NCBI GenBank assembly: GCA_017558005.1
Contig: JAFYWN010000009.1
Coordinates: 13,072 to 77,071, forward strand
Reading direction: 5' to 3'
Source: Kiritimatiellia bacterium
GTDB lineage: Bacteria > Verrucomicrobiota > Kiritimatiellia > RFP12 > DVOR01
Length of the DNA stretch: 64,000 nt
Under the pieces are notes generated by a model, which was given only the letters and a program-made list of their open reading frames with translations, had not been told where the DNA came from and ran no database searches. The translations under genes and the position numbers were made by a program. Of this stretch, positions 61,280 through 64,000 are shown piece after piece; within the stretch, counting starts at the first letter, position 1; every line of letters starts with the position of its first letter.

Positions 61280-62614
61280 TCAAGCAAGGGGTGCGTGGGC
61301 TTCCACGCAGGCCTTAAAGTGTTCGCCACGCTTGGCCATGCCGTCATACTGGTCAAAGCTTGCACATCCAGGGGAGAGCAGGAGAATATCACCCTCCACC
61401 GCATTTGCAAGGGCGTGGTCTACGGCGGTCTTCATGTCTCCGCATTGTTCGCAATCGCAGAGATCTTCCCACGCTTCATACAAAGCCGGCGCTGCCTCAC
61501 CGATGAGGTAGGCCTTCTTCACACTCTTGGAGAGTTCGAGGTCGAGGAAGTCCAAATCGTCTTCCTTTAATTGACCGCCTGCGATGAGGTGAGCCTTGGC
61601 AGGGGCAATCATCTTTAACGCAGCCTGCGTAGCCGTAAGCGAGGTGGCCTTGGAGTCATCAATGACCGTTACACCCTTGATTGCGCCGAGACGTTGCATG
61701 CGGTGTGGTAAGGGCTTGAATTCGGCAAAGCCCTTTGCAATTATCTCTGGCGCCACGCCCAAATGGGTGAGCATTGCAGTAATTAATGCGGCGGCAGGCC
61801 CCAAGACTTTGTTGTTGAAGAAGCCAACCACTGGGATGGAGACCTCGCCATGGATGACGTTTTGTTCGTGATAACGCCAAGTATCCCACGGCTTGGTGCC
61901 GAAGGTTTCCACAGGCACTCCTTGCGGAACGCCCAAAATAGAGATTTCCTTCGGCAGGAACGCCGTGGCTTTCCCTGCGACTTGCGCCTGGAAAATACGA
62001 CGCTTTAAGGTGGAGTAAGCTTCTAGTGTCTCGTGACGATCCAAGTGGTCTGCCTGAATATTTAGGATTGCCGCGAGGGTGGGGGCGAAGGTGCGCGTGT
62101 GTTCTAATTGGAAGGAGGAAACTTCAGTCACCGCCATCACGCCAGCACCTGCATTTTCACATTCAAGGACGCGTGCACACAATGGAATGCCATAATTGCC
62201 CGCCGTGACCGCAGGAATCCCTGCGAGGTTCAACGTATCAGTCAGGCACTTGATGACCGAACTCTTTCCTTTACTCCCAGTGACGGCAATTGCTTCGCCT
62301 TTCCAGTAGTTTGCACCCAATTCGAGTTCGGAAATCATCGCCAAACCGCGTTGGCGGGCGATGGTAATCCACGGGTGGGTCAACGGGATGGAGGGCGAGA
62401 CGACCACTAAGTCATAAGCCCCATCGGGCAAGTGGTCATGGTCTGCTGAGAGGCAACTGATCCCTTCGGTAGAGAACTCAGCCAAGGATGAACCTGGCCA
62501 ATTTTCATCAACGACCGCCACGCGGCCACCGCGTTCCAACAACAATCTTGCCGCAGCCAGTCCGCTACGTCCTGCGCCGAGGATGAGAGAATTGCGATTG
62601 TCATAACGAGCCAT
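61280..62614 (-). CDS. murD: UDP-N-acetylmuramoylalanine--D-glutamate ligase
   Basis: ILGAGRSGLAAARLL, VTGSKGKSS, NIQADHLDRH, DDSKATS. Confidence 0.9.
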   Translation of the reverse strand: MARYDNRNSLILGAGRSGLAAARLLLERGGRVAVVDENWPGSSLAEFSTEGISCLSADHDHLPDGAYDLVVVSPSIPLTHPWITIARQRGLAMISELELGANYWKGEAIAVTGSKGKSSVIKCLTDTLNLAGIPAVTAGNYGIPLCARVLECENAGAGVMAVTEVSSFQLEHTRTFAPTLAAILNIQADHLDRHETLEAYSTLKRRIFQAQVAGKATAFLPKEISILGVPQGVPVETFGTKPWDTWRYHEQNVIHGEVSIPVVGFFNNKVLGPAAALITAMLTHLGVAPEIIAKGFAEFKPLPHRMQRLGAIKGVTVIDDSKATSLTATQAALKMIAPAKAHLIAGGQLKEDDLDFLDLELSKSVKKAYLIGEAAPALYEAWEDLCDCEQCGDMKTAVDHALANAVEGDILLLSPGCASFDQYDGMAKRGEHFKACVEAHAPLA

Positions 62615-62643
62615 AAGGGACCTCCACCGAGAGGGACTGTGGG

Positions 62644-63942
62644 TTAGTTTAGATTGACCTTTACTGCAAGGGCGTCAAATTCAGCTTTTGCGTTCTTGTC
62701 AAGCGAGTCGTACTGTCCGCGAGCCGCGGCCAAATCTACACGCGCCAAGTCGGGGTGGCCTTCCTTTTCGTGGAGACGAGCGCGGGTGATAAGGAGACGG
62801 GGGTCGGGCTGTTGGCCGGGGCGAAGTTGCGCTTCTAATGCAAACGCCTCTGCGAGGTAGTTGTGTGCCTCGGCATAACGGCCCAATTCCAAGAGTGCCG
62901 CTGCTGCAGTTTCGCGGGCAATGGCGAGTTTCGGCGAGAGTTTGCAGGCGTGTTCGGCGGCGGCAAGTGCGGCCGACCAATCGCCCAATTGGCGATGGGC
63001 TTCGGCGAGGTCATTGAAGGCTTCGGGCAAGGGCGGATTCACGTCGGGCGCGGTCGCCTGAGAGAGATAGGAGAGGGCACGCTTGGCATTGCCTTCGCCT
63101 AACGCCAAAGAACCCATGATGTAGTTGGCCAAGGGAAGTTTGCGGTCTTGATAGAGATATTCCTTGGCGTGTTGTGCCGCCGCAGCCTTATCATTAAGGC
63201 GAATGTCCAGGGTCAAGATGGTATTACGCAAGGCATGCACCTCGGGTTTGAGGGCGAGGGCGCGCAGGTAGGCAGTGCGTGCTTTGACTAAGGCATTGTT
63301 CTTTTCCGCAAGTTGAGCGGTGATAATCTGAACAAAATAGTTATCCTCGGTGCCCGCCGCCGTCTTCAACTTGGGCAGGGTGGAGGAGGTTAGCGCCGCC
63401 AATTCCCCTGCTTGCAGTTGGAGCGTGGCCAACATTGCCAGCGCTTCAGTATGACGCGGGTCAACCTCTAAGCAACGTTCCAATTCGGTTCGTGCGCGTT
63501 CTTCTTGCCCCGCAGAGGCAAACCATAACGCACGTTCATAGGCCAAATCGGGGGAGTCGCCCGTCGGGTCGAGTTGTTCAAGGGCCGCCTTCGCCGCAGC
63601 GAGGTCGCCTTCAAGGATGTTCATGCGTACCAATTCGCGCACGTACACCAAACTCTGGCGACGGTCGGTCGCATTATTTAAGAGGTCACGATACTTAGCA
63701 ATTGCTTCCCCACGACGGGAGGGGTCGGCCTTGTAGAGGTCGGCAATGACCTGATTGAAGGCCACGCGCTTGCCGTCTTCCAACATGGCCAACGCCAAAT
63801 CCAAGCCGCTTAAGGCGGCCCCTGTCTGGCCACTCATGGCCCATGCGCCGACAAACATACTGATAAGCTGGGGAGAGCGAATGTAACCATACGTACGAGC
63901 AAGTGCCCAAAGTTGGTAACGGCGTCCCTTCAGACGGCGCAC
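62644..63942 (-). CDS. TPR-repeat protein (N-terminus may extend toward or beyond the window edge)
   Basis: Successive 34-aa A/L/Y-rich TPR-like repeats along 432 aa. Confidence 0.65.
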   Translation of the reverse strand: MRRLKGRRYQLWALARTYGYIRSPQLISMFVGAWAMSGQTGAALSGLDLALAMLEDGKRVAFNQVIADLYKADPSRRGEAIAKYRDLLNNATDRRQSLVYVRELVRMNILEGDLAAAKAALEQLDPTGDSPDLAYERALWFASAGQEERARTELERCLEVDPRHTEALAMLATLQLQAGELAALTSSTLPKLKTAAGTEDNYFVQIITAQLAEKNNALVKARTAYLRALALKPEVHALRNTILTLDIRLNDKAAAAQHAKEYLYQDRKLPLANYIMGSLALGEGNAKRALSYLSQATAPDVNPPLPEAFNDLAEAHRQLGDWSAALAAAEHACKLSPKLAIARETAAAALLELGRYAEAHNYLAEAFALEAQLRPGQQPDPRLLITRARLHEKEGHPDLARVDLAAARGQYDSLDKNAKAEFDALAVKVNLN

Positions 63943-64000
63943 ACGTTCATTGAGTTCTTGCTCACACCACGTGCGATCTTCGGGGTGAAGGCCGCCATTG

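Noticed and set aside
1-64000. Search for tRNA, rRNA, tmRNA, transposase, toxin-antitoxin pairs, restriction-modification genes or known phage-defence genes
   Set aside because: I recognised none by eye in any frame or intergenic region. This is a manual scan, so small or divergent elements could have been missed.

Overview
This is a 64-kb chromosomal window, moderately GC-rich by eye (not computed). I found no rRNA, tRNA, CRISPR array, transposase or prophage genes. It carries about 50 credible CDSs, mostly housekeeping. They include coaE, rho, kdsD, holA, a periplasmic-type [FeFe]-hydrogenase, comF, a split chromate-transporter pair and malic enzyme. Also present are a very long GreA, nrnA, glgA with a GH13_8-type branching enzyme, ispD, tex and dus. 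A truncated dcw cluster (mraZ-rsmH-ftsL-ftsI) is present, plus rsmE, tyrA, xerC/D, hydE and murD. There is a small sialic-acid harvesting cluster (a NanM-like mutarotase fused to an SSS transporter, and a two-domain sialate O-acetylesterase). The long GreA, the giant secreted discoidin/haem/FGE-domain protein, the BspA-type LRR protein and the fragmented dcw cluster suggest an anaerobe of the PVC superphylum; this is inference only. The stand-out region is 1.6-8.8 kb. A divergently encoded RtcR (CARF-like sensor plus sigma-54 activator) faces a near-consensus sigma-54 promoter that drives an expanded RNA-repair operon. Its order is: a 153-aa coiled-coil protein, a 291-nt non-coding gap that hand-folds into a long-stem structured RNA plus a terminator-like hairpin, a classical-clade AAA+ ATPase, a strongly acidic 303-aa protein, rtcA and rtcB. 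The three extra proteins and the RNA candidate are not part of the canonical rtcBA or rsr-yrlBA-rtcBA modules. I consider them the best candidate for an undescribed system. A second feature of interest is a pair of ~1.4-kb divergent intergenic regions (21.3-22.7 kb and 50.8-52.4 kb). They share the same modular layout: a hairpin-rich ~130-nt element, then locus-specific 22-bp tandem repeats, then a conserved 53-nt block with a hairpin. All calls come from reading the sequence and ORF translations; no database search or folding program was run.
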